Made by a program: the position numbers and the translations under genes. A stretch of DNA of 64,000 bases from Bugula neritina (taxonomy: Eukaryota; Animalia; Bryozoa): assembly GCA_964035545.1 (NCBI GenBank), contig OZ037767.1, positions 15,256,998 through 15,320,997 of the forward strand, read 5' to 3'. The first letter of the stretch is position 1; every line of letters begins with the position of its first letter. Below the pieces are notes generated by a model. It was given only the letters and a program-made list of their open reading frames with translations, made no database searches and had not been told where the DNA came from. Of this stretch, positions 39,201-49,937 are shown piece by piece.

Positions 39201-42200
39201 ATACGCATATAACTATGTTTATATTTGTGAAAAATATATAGTCAAAACTAGATAAGGTAATAGTAATTATAATTGGTTTCACTTTTAATATATTCCTATA
39301 AACTGGAAAATAGACAGAAGCATTTAATCATGAAAGTAAACCTAGTGGAAGTAAATCAATTCACTAAGTATAGTAAAATATTTACTATTCAGTAAGTTTA
39401 TTTACTTTAGTTAATTGTACTTGATTATTTCTGTCGGTTTTTCAGTTGATTTTTCTACCTTTTGCTATAGCATATCAAACTACCACAAAGTCATGCTTCC
39501 ATATTACAATTATAAACATAGTGTTACTGTGTAATGTTATAGTAATGTAATAGTAATATTTGGATCATTGTAAGTATTTCTGTTGTTGTACTGATTGATA
39601 AATATTTTTTAGCTTGCATGGATATTTGCAACGATCAAGATGTCATTTGAACCTGGACTGGAATAAAGATGGCAAATCGAGAAGCTAGCTACAATTATTC
39701 TGCAGAAAGAAACTTGGTAAGCAAAATTAAGCTGCAGCATTGAGCAGTAAGCAATATGACGATGAACTTTGCTTGATTTTGATTGACCTTAAAATATCTG
39801 GTCACCTTTCACCAACGTGGTCCTGCGCGGGTGGCGGGTGACCTTAAAATGTCTGTTGCGCGTAAAATAAATTTTGTGACAGTCAAAAGTATGCTGATCT
39901 TTTTCGTATTTCAGTGCATCGGTGTCTTAGCTTAAGAGCTGAACCCAACAATTATGATCTAAAGCTGTTTTTTACTAGAAAGTGATTTTACTGTCTTTCT
40001 GATTATTCTTGGTTTTTCAGCTTGATGAATTGAATAAATGGATTTGATTTCGGGTATTATGTAATGGATGAAAGAAATTTTTCTTAAATTTGTACTGAGC
40101 AATTTTTGCTATTGCTATGATGTTTAGTGATAAAATTGCACCCTTAATAACCCTGAAAACTTTCATTACTAGCATTTGTTTATGTTCATTTTTAGGAAAT
40201 TAAAATGAAGACACAACTCACCGATGCTATCTCACTGTGCCTGCATGCAGTTTATCTAAAAAGGTACTCCTATTAGCTGGCTCTTGCCCAATACCTGGTT
40301 GTCTCTGTAACTATTTTTTGCTCGCAGATAAGTTTTTTGAACTTGACATTTTATTGATTTTGAAAGTTATAGTGAGATTTGAACTTGCTAGCATCGTTTT
40401 TAAAGACTTGCTGCAGTTTTTATCAACATTTTTTAAGTCAATGGTGTTAGTTTGGAAGCTCTCTCACTCCTCTCTCTGTCTCTTTTTCCCACACCTTCCA
40501 CTCAACCTCTTTCTCTCCTTCTCTCCCTCTCTCCCACCCTCCCTCTCTCCCACCCTCTGTCTCTTCCACCTTCTCCCTCTCTCTCCCACTCTCCGTCTCT
40601 CCCACCTTCTCTCTCTCCTAACCTTTCTCTCTTCCCTTTTCCACTATCTCTCTGACTCTCTCCCTTTCTCTCTTCTACCCCATCTCTCTTCCATCCTCTC
40701 TCCTAACCTTTCTCTCCCACCCCCCCCCTCTCCCACTCTCTTTCTCTCTCTAGTTTGCATGGCTTTACCCAATTTTGGTTTATTTTTTTATTTTGTTTCA
40801 GAGTATCCAAAAGGAAAGCTAAAATTTATTTAATATATATTATACCAACTTGAGCTTTACATATAATATCAAATAAATGCTGTGTTTTGTTAAAACAATG
40901 TTTGCAACTTTGTAGTATATTCAAATTCATAATTTATTTGTAGAGTCACACAACAAGACACTACTCTGACACACTCACAAGTTGCCACTGATCCAGCAGT
41001 ATAGATGATTGTTTTCTCCACTGGCTATGCTGTCACGCTTTACTGTTGTGGTGTTTGAAACAAACCAATTGTTTGCCTACGCAGATTAGGGTGAGAAAAA
41101 AAGTGAGAAATGAAAGCTGTTTTTAATACCAACTACACTTAGTTTTTATTGAATGAAAAACAAAGTGAAATCATTAGTTATCCGTTAAATGACTAAATCA
41201 TTGTTTATAAAGATGAAACACAAATAATCTTATAATATGCTAATGAAATTTGGCTTTCAAATAGCTTTTTTCTGTATATTTGTTGAGGAAGTTTATCTTC
41301 AACAAAACTTCGTATAGCTGTTGAATATGTGGAGAGTATTTTATATTGCATAAATTTATAGAGTAAAAGGTTCTCATCAAACTTTTACAACTTAGCTCAT
41401 CTACGGTTTAAAAGTGTGAGTCACCCTTCACACTAGAGTTTTATAAAGTTTTAATGAATGTGCAGTATTTTATAAAATATTGTGTGTCTCGTAAATTTAG
41501 CTATTTCTACCTTTTCAGTGAGATTGGAGTAAACACACCTCAAAATTCCCATCTGGTATCACATTGATTTATCGCAAGTCAAAGTACACCTACTAACTCG
41601 TCCTTCCTTAATACCTGCTTGCTTTTGCACTTCTACTCATTTCATGTACCTAACATTTCTCTTGCAGATGAATTACATCTTTTAAGTTGTAAAAGCCTTA
41701 AATAGCATGAAATTAATGAGGTTTAAACCGTGGCCACACTAACTATTGATGCGTTTATTGATGGGTTAAATTACACGAAAATATTGTCTTTCTTTTTAGT
41801 TTCACCTAAAGTATTACATACTATTGATGGAGGCTTTGCTGAAGTTTTTGGGTGATGATTTGTCAATAATTTTCCAGAGAAGATGATGCCACGGTGGCTG
41901 GCATCATTATGCAGTTTCCAAATTTCTTTCGGCTTTGCTCTAGTGAAAATTTTGGAAAACAATCAACAAAAAGGTTTGTACCATAAACGAAGTTATTGTG
42001 TGCGTGTTGCCAAAGCATAAAGTGTGCTGGACATTTTTAGGTTTCTGTTGAGATGCGTTTTTGCTTTTCCTGCATGAAAAAAGTTCCAGTTTCAGTTGAT
42101 ATCACTAGCGGAGTGCCCACCTATATTTTAAATCATATTGATGCATAAGTTCTTTTTGTAATATTAAAAGTATAACTTGCTTAATTGCTATTCAATGCCC

Positions 42201-44727
42201 TTTGAAGTTTCCAACTGTAATTAATTAGTTGATTTGGCAGCATAGTATCGATGATTGATGAAGGCAGCCGATATAATTATAAGCATAAATATCTATATCT
42301 ACATGAAGATGTCATTCCCAATGATTGTTATTCTGAAATCAGCTGATTAAGTTATCACAAACTAAACATTTTGACCAGCGGCTTGCAATGCAACTCGGTA
42401 AAATTTCAGACCTAGATGAATTGAATTTCTTACTGAAAATCATGAAGGTATTAAAGTTTAAAGTGAAAGTTTAAAGGGTCATCTCTCTGCGAATTCTAAT
42501 AGCATGGTGCCAATTAGACTTGAAAAAATTTCAAGGCACTATAAAGCACTAAGCCCATTCTTACAAGTAGTTTCAAAGTGCACTGGAATTTCAGTTTACT
42601 TGTCATTGTATAGAATCCTGATCTACACTATATAGCATTCACTATTGCCTGCTTTTTCTAAGCATCTATAATGTATTAACTACAGTTTGCTTTGAGAAGT
42701 GAATTTCTACTTGGTATTTTTTCCTTATCGTTCTGTTGTTTGCCAGTAGTCTTAATTTAATGGATTTTCCCTTTTCAAAAGTGGTTGTGAGAATCAAAAC
42801 GCATCATGCAGCCTGCAACTACACAATCAGTCAGTAATTTCTTCCATTAAAGTAGCTCTTCTGGTTACCCTTGCTCACCTAAAAGCCTGAGCCTCATTCA
42901 AATTGCAAGTTTTTAGAGTTGTTAATTTTTCATGCAATCTTTCATTTTTTTGTTAGGCACAAAATTAGTATTCACTAGACCTAATCTTTCATCTGCATGT
43001 ATGCCTATTGTTTGTTCATTAAAGAAAAACCTCTGCTGAATATTGAACTAATAATGAAAACGAATTCCCTAAACTAAAAGTAGCAGTGTGATTTTGGTAT
43101 TACAATCAGTTGTTAGCATAGAGTCAAGTTATTGACAGGAATTTTCAAATTGAAATGAATGAATTTCATTGTAAGTCAGCAAGATTTAGTCTAAGTAAAC
43201 ATAGCATTACATCATGTTCTTATTTAACATTGGTAGAAGGCAACATTTATTTTAAGGACTGTTGTAAACTTAAATGTAATTTTAGGTACTTTCCATGTTT
43301 GTTATTGTAGATGGTCTTGTTCTTTGGAATGGATGTGACAACTCCTTGTGTCAAACTTAACTGATTGACTACTGAATCCCAATCATGTTTTGCCAAAAAA
43401 TGTGAAAATGGAGTGCATGTCTACTTTATTTGAGAAAATATTAAAAATACTTTTGAAACTTCATCTAGCCAAACAATACAACAGTTTCATTTTATTAAAA
43501 AACATCATTTGCCCAAAATGTATTATGTAATCGAACAATTTCTAGAAAAAAAGTGCTTTCCTCCAGTTTTGCTAATGAATTACATATTTCATTACATGCT
43601 TGTCTTTATAATTTTATTAATTGTTTTTTCTGGTGAGTCAATTAAAGTCAATTCAACCTAGAAAAGTCTGAATTTCAGACTTAATTTCAAGCTAGAATAT
43701 TCACATTTTTAGGTCTGCGTTTGCAAACATTGTTGTGTTACTTTACTTTTTATATTTTTTGAAATAAATATTTTTTTAGCTTGTGCCTATTCATGATTAG
43801 AATAGTATAATAATATTTAACTTTTCTTCAATTTTAATAGATGAAAATGTTGATCAGTTGGAGTATTCAGTATAGCTGAATTTTACTTGCTTCTGCTAGA
43901 ACAATCTTTTGGAGTTGTCTGCCCTTTCTTTAGGTAATATTTTGACCTATGGTAAACGCAATAATTATAACTTTTTAAAGATGCTTGTGAACCTAACAAT
44001 ATAGCACAACTATCAAACCACATTATTTATTCAATATCTGCATAAAATTTAGCCAATAATCTGCCACCCAATGAGCTTGAAAAGATATTAGAATTCTAGC
44101 TCAGTGCTGCCATCAATGTAGATATTTATAATGATATAAAGCCAAAACTCATTATTTATAATGATATAAAGCCAAAACTCATTATTTATAATGATATAAA
44201 GCCAAAACTCATTATTGCATGAAATTATCTAACCATTCCTGACGAAGAATCGAGATAATAACTCCAAAGTTGGTCAGTTGAAACCACAGCAATAATACTT
44301 TAATCCTTATAATTATCAGGTTTAATTTTATACCAAGCCCCAATAAGTACATATCACTATGACAACACAGCCTAAGCACCTCCAATGCAAGAAATTTAGT
44401 ATTGTGGTGCTACAAATCCTCCAGTTACAAATGAGTAGAGCTTTCATGATTATTGGTCTACCATAATGTTTATTTAGCTGTAGGGACTAGCATAAATGCT
44501 ATTATATGCGGGAGGTATTTGAAAAGCTTCCAACTCCATCTTCAACTACGGGCTATTATAATTATGCTGATAAACGAGATACTACACTCAGACTGCCCTG
44601 TTATAGTACTATGATTGGCTACTGCAAAATTTTTGCCGATAGACAACATTTATTTATGATGTAATGTATCTCGTATTGGCACATAAGTGTTATGTCTGAA
44701 GACAAGATACTGTGAAATTATGCCCTG
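24232..44727. mobile_element. Giant (~20.5 kb) non-autonomous TIR DNA transposon-like unit, copy 2, with intact 8-bp TSD
   Basis: Flanked by CAGCATTG at 24224-24231 and 44728-44735. Removing the element and one TSD restores GCC AGC ATT GAC ACT GAC AAA CAC (VIYASIDTDKHKYPIG), colinear with CPEB1. Confidence 0.88.
31757..34720 (+). mobile_element. Decayed R4/Dong-clade non-LTR retrotransposon, copy 2
   Basis: Same motifs, same internal deletion and same position as 9750-12716. Confidence 0.9.
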
Positions 44728-44762
44728 CAGCATTGACACTGACAAACACAAATACCCAATTG
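44728..44762 (+). pseudogene. CPEB1: CPEB1 pseudogene: 3' part of the split RRM2 exon
   Basis: SIDTDKHKYPIG followed by the donor G|GTAGGA at 44763. Confidence 0.9.
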
Positions 44763-45004
44763 GTAGGAGCTTAGTCTATGTTCTGACACAGCTATGCAAC
44801 TTCCTGAAACAGTTTGTGCTAATAATATATATTATAACGGAAAAAATTATTTCTGTGAACTCATTTACAATTCCTCTATTTTATTATTATCACCTTTACA
44901 TAACTCTACTATAATAACACACAATTGTGTACTATATATACAGTTCCATTGTTTTCCTATAACTATACATTGATATATATGCTATCTCTACTATCTATAT
45001 ACTG

Positions 45005-48000
45005 CACAGAGAGAAATATTAGTGTTAGAGTGAACATTAGCTGACAACTAAAACAGCTCGTTTTTTGGATCCCTAAATTGACCAGCAGTGAATAGAAATT
45101 AGTGTCAGGTACTGTTCACAGTGAATAGTATGTTAGATCAATGTTGATATAAAGAGTTGTGAAGTTGATTCTTAGTATTTATCACAATGAGCCAAGTTAT
45201 GTTCAATGGTGATCTTATATATGTTCAATGGTGAGCTTAAATATTTTCGATGGTGATCTTATTTATGCTCAATAGTGATATTATATATGTTTAATAGTGA
45301 TCTTATTTATGCTCAATAGTGATATTATATATGTTTAATGATGATCTTATTTCTGTTCAATGATGATCTTAGATATGCTCAATGCTGAACTAAGTTATAT
45401 TCAAAGCTGAACTTATAAATGTTCCATGCTGCTCTAATGTTTGTTGGAAATAAGCTTCTGCAAAAATTATTACTGATCACTCTGAACTAACTTGTCATAA
45501 CTTCTAACCAGTAGAAGAGTATAGTAATGTGGATTTTATTGTATATGATAGTTGAATATAAGAAATGCAACAAAAAATAACTTCTAAATATTAAAATAAG
45601 AAAAAAAAACATGAAAATAAGCATTTGCAGAATTTTTCTACGACTGTAAATTCAGTTAACTTTTCTCAATATTAGCAGAACCTGCTAAAACCATAGTGTG
45701 TGTCATTACATTCTTGCTCTGTAGTGTAGCGATAACCAAGTCCGAGGTCTGTGATAGTAACCCAAGTACGGGAGGGGGGGAGGGGGAAGTTTTATAACTA
45801 ATTCTAGCGGTTAGTAAAGTGTGGTAGAACTCCGAGAAGAGTTGAGCGGTCAGGGAAGCTTGAAGGAGTAGTATAAAAAAGGCAGCTGAGTTCTTGAAAA
45901 GTGGGTAAGGTGTAGTGTCGAGAGCACCCAGTGACGATTGTAATGTAGTGGTGAGTGCGTCTGCTTGCAGGCTGAAGGTCTCAGCATGACTCAAAGTTTT
46001 GTAGTGGTCAAATTATTTTTTGTGCTCCTATTCAGCATCTTTGAGTGTATGTTCTTAAAAAATGTTATGGGATCTACAACAAAAGATAAAATTTGGGTAA
46101 TATTTAAACTGTATTAACATGAACAGTAAACATTTGGTTAAGATATACAATCACAAGCAGCTTATAAATTAAGTTCAACTTTGAAGAAGCTGAAGTCTAA
46201 GGCCAAAACTAATAGTATCAATGATGATAGCTATGAATCTTTCAGCATATTTTCAGCACCATCGTACCAATCGTTTGATTCTGAATAACCATACAGGCTT
46301 TGGCAAACTTATGATCATTATGTTTCGTAGTGGGTTAGTTTGGGTTAGTTTGAGCTTATCAAAATTAAGTAACAATTTTGGCCATCATTTTATTTTATTT
46401 CTTTCTTAATTACAAATGCAAGAGCTGTTGGGCATAATTAGTTCAGTTAATAGAAGCTTCTCTGCATTAAAATTATCTCAAAATGTCAGTGAACCACAAT
46501 TTAAGCTGGAGTCAGCATTTTATATGGACCCCTCATATCGAGATAACAGATATTGATAAGTTTCAGTATGTCTATAAATTGAAAAACAAATAAAGTACTA
46601 CCAAGAAAAATATTGCTACTTAAACATGTTTTTATATTTCATTGTGCTGTGCAAAGATAAATAAAAGAATAAACTGGTAGCACGGAAGTTAATAAAAAAA
46701 TTTGCCAACTCACCACTAATATTGGCATTTTGGTACTTAGCTATAAAACAAGAAGCTAGCTTGGCAGCTGCTTAAGGCTAATAACTACTTGTAGGCTGCT
46801 AAACTGCATTATTAACAATATGAATACTTCTACAATGGGGGGGGGGGAATTCAAATTAATGAATTTAGCACAAATTGCTAAAAGGTGAAGTGGAAATAAA
46901 ACGCTACATTTTTTGAAAATATATTGTTACAGGAAAACTTGTATCAAATTGATATAGGAATAGAGTAGTTTGGGAAATACAAGTTAATGTGGTCTCTTAA
47001 AAGTTATAGTTGCACAAATTCAATTATCTGTCTACAGCAATAGTCATACTGTCATTGTGATTGTGATATAAAATCAAAATGACAACGTTAAGCAAATGAT
47101 TGAGCTTACCTTTTGCTGCAATGACAACTTCAGTTCCTAACTCTGAAAGAAAGTGATCATCTTCTATCTCTGAAAGGTAGCTGCAATCTTTACCCATGTG
47201 ATGAAATGATTCAATGTTTTCCATGTTGTGAGGTTGTTTGGAAGCACAAATTCACTGAATCTCAAAGCACAACCTCTTAGTCTGAGCCTCTGGTGTTCAC
47301 TATGCCGGCAGAATATTTCTTCCGTCAATAGCAGTGAATGAAAACTATGTGCTGTTATGTAATAACCTTTGTTTTGCTCTTTCGATGCTTGGTAAGCCAG
47401 TTTCTTGCCTTTGAATTACAATTTAAATATTTCCTTACTATAGCTCTGTTATGCAACATCTTCTTTTGTTCCACCAGGTAGTTTACACAAGTTTACACAA
47501 GGCTTTTGAAGTGGTTCACCTGATCCACAATTGACTATTCAGTAGCTTGTTTCATTGTTAATTCTAAGCTTCTTGTTTGAAACACATTTGCTGATAACTG
47601 AGTACATTGGAGTTTAAAAGTGCATCTCCCTGATTTCTCTTTTACGCACATTTTAAATTAGTTGGCTTTCCTTTCCATGGATGAAATTGACTAGTGAAGC
47701 CTAAACTACCCATGCAAGAGATATGTGCAGTTGAAATTTTTTGTTGATAAATTCAACCTAAGTCTTTGATAAACGGAGTGGGGCAATGTTTAATAGTAGT
47801 CTGGTAACAAGCTATTTGAAAATGTCTTGGGTTCAAAAAAATTTCGAAATCATAAACAGCTAGTAGGTTGAAGGAGTTTCATTCCACTTATATGCTCCCC
47901 AGTTAGGTTGTATTTTTTGTTTTGGTACTAAGTATTATATACCTATATACCCTTATATAACTTTCATATCAATTGCTAAACATAAAATAACCATTAATAT

Positions 48001-48709
48001 GATATATTTGCAATAATATTTAAATTTTTCCAAATTTGTGTTGAAAAAAAGCATTAAATGCATTAATAATAACATTTTTTCAAAAAACAAAAAATATAGA
48101 AAATGCAAAATTAATAGGTTTATGCAGAGCAAAGAAATTTATTTGTGTGCCAATTATAAAAAGCAATTGACTCTAATTTATTTAAATGCACATATATTTC
48201 AATAGTATTCAAATAAATTGCACGTAAAATGTATAAATAGCATCTAACTGGGAAGCACCAATTGAAATGACCCAAATGTAGGGTTCAACTCTATCCTAGC
48301 TTCCTATAAAGGTTTGTGATCATCATTAGTGCACATGTGAACGAATAATGTTGTTAGGTGAACAACTGCCGATTGTTCCATAATTCTTATGTAAATAAAA
48401 TTTTGCTTGAACATATGTAGTTGTAGCAATGATCTCACTTTCTGCTCCTATCAACTACTGTTTAGCTTCATTAAGACCTAGGGATGATAATTACGTAATA
48501 CTTGTGAAAAGTAGCGTTGACTTAACAACTAAGTGGTTTCAGAGCTACTACAAAATATTTTTCAGCTTACACTAATCGGATTAATTTTCAATTTCATCAA
48601 AATAAGTGCAGGTCTAACAACTATTAGAGGTGTGGTGCAGGCTATACCGACAATAAAAGGCTCTTTGAACAACTTTAGTGCAAGCACTGCACTAATATTT
48701 CTCTCTGTG
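45005..48709. mobile_element. Non-autonomous CACTA/EnSpm (CMC)-like DNA transposon, copy A, in a CPEB1 intron
   Basis: Perfect 20-bp TIR CACAGAGAGAAATATTAGTG...CACTAATATTTCTCTCTGTG; 2-bp TSD TG (45003-45004, 48710-48711); subterminal tandem repeats. Confidence 0.88.
45185..45430 (+). repeat. 22-bp subterminal minisatellite, ~11 units (copy B ~50117-50362)
   Basis: CAATGGTGATCTTATATATGTT-like units, with an alternating 44-bp pattern in the middle. Confidence 0.92.
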
Positions 48710-48791
48710 TGCAGTCAACACTCCAAGGATACATTGATATATTACATAGTATAAATAATTTAGTAGCAGAACATGGCTGTATCTGTTGTAG

Positions 48792-48890
48792 GTTCTGACC
48801 GTGTGACTTTCAGCTGCCATGACAGCTACAGGAATGCACTTGACACTGCTTTTGTGGAAATAGAAATCCCAAAATTTACTGAGAATTAAA
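48792..48890 (+). pseudogene. CPEB1: CPEB1 pseudogene exon (end of RRM2) with premature stop
   Basis: TTGTAG|...|GTATTT boundaries. GSDRVTFSCHDSYRNALDTAFVEIEIPKFTEN* compares with CPEB1 [32 protein letters not shown]. The exon is 4 nt too long and has TAA at 48887-48889. Confidence 0.9.
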
Positions 48891-49061
48891 GTATTTGTGC
48901 TCTGCAACTATTATAGTTTTTAAAATCATGTTTTTATGTAAATTGATATAATATATTTCATTACCTTTTTTGGTTTAAATTACTATATTATATTTGAATT
49001 TTTGCAAACTTGTAGTGAAATTATGGAGCTAAACTGTGTATTTTACTCAAATAATTTGCAG

Positions 49062-49154
49062 GTACAACTAGACCCTTACTTGGAGGAATCTACCTGTTAC
49101 GTGTGCAGGATCAGTTTAGGGCCATCATTTTGCAGACATCCAATGTGCTCCAAG
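49062..49154 (+). pseudogene. CPEB1: CPEB1 pseudogene exon (ZZ zinc finger, N-half)
   Basis: TTTGCAG|...AAG|GTAACA; VQLDPYLEESTCYVCRISLGPSFCRHPMCSK. Confidence 0.92.
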
Positions 49155-49754
49155 GTAACACAATTCCTTGATTATCTTGAGGAAAATTAGCTTTGCTTCT
49201 AAACCAAGAGAAAATATATTTGACAAGTATAAGTATTTAATTATTTAATTTAGGTTTTTATCTAATTTAATTATTTATTGCTATAAATTTTTATAAAACT
49301 TTTAGCAGCTCAAGATTTGCACATAAAATTAATTTGATAATCTTGAAAGTGTAACTGCTACAATTGTTACCATAATTTATGTAATTATGATACATTATCT
49401 GTTGGTAAGAATAGACTTTTTCATTAAGAAAATCTTTTGGCATGTCACTTTTCCAAGTTTACTGCAAACATGGTTATGAAAAATGTTTGCTGCATGAGAG
49501 CTATTAGAATCCCACTTAGTTTAAGTTGTTGAATAGTTTATAAAGAATAATTTTTAATATACTGTAAAAACATTAATATAAGGTACAAGATTATTAATAG
49601 TAAATTAACATATAAATGCATTATTAATAATAAAAAATCTTCAACATATCAGACTTTGAAAAAGCAATACACTGCATGGCAATTATTTATTTGTCTGACT
49701 CCGCTAACTTTCAATTCAATTTTTAATACAGTTGTTCTGGTTTTATTCTCCCAG

Positions 49755-49895
49755 TACTTCTGTGAACTCTGTTGGCGCTGGCAGCACGCTGACTTGGGAG
49801 AAGGAGCCCAGGCTCATCATCCTCTTACCAGAAACTCTAAAAAGTGTCGTGGTTTCTCAGAAGGAGGCTCTAGACACGCTAGAAATGGCATTTAA
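49755..49895 (+). pseudogene. CPEB1: CPEB1 pseudogene last coding exon (ZZ zinc finger, C-half)
   Basis: TTCTCCCAG|; YFCELCWRWQHADLGEGAQAHHPLTRNSKK...NGI* matches CPEB1 YFCxxCWxWxH...HxPLxRN. Confidence 0.92.
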
Positions 49896-49937
49896 ATACG
49901 AAGTTGTTGCATATATCTTATATGGAAGTTATGTTTA

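Noticed and set aside
767-44729. Helitron tandem array or simple microhomology-mediated 22-kb duplication
   Set aside because: No TC...CTRR ends with a subterminal hairpin, and the junction coincides with a TIR terminus and TSD.
2283-44730. Giant insertion removed as an intron (GT at 2285 or 24234, CAG at 44728-44730)
   Set aside because: That splice leaves +7 nt (ATT GCA CAT TGA), a frameshift and stop. The downstream exon is also broken.
2279-44734. Alternative boundary reading: TGCAG..CTGCA termini with 4-bp TSD GCAT
   Set aside because: Formally possible, but it needs more coincidental flank matches than the 8-bp TSD/CAG..CTG reading. Other genomic copies would settle it.
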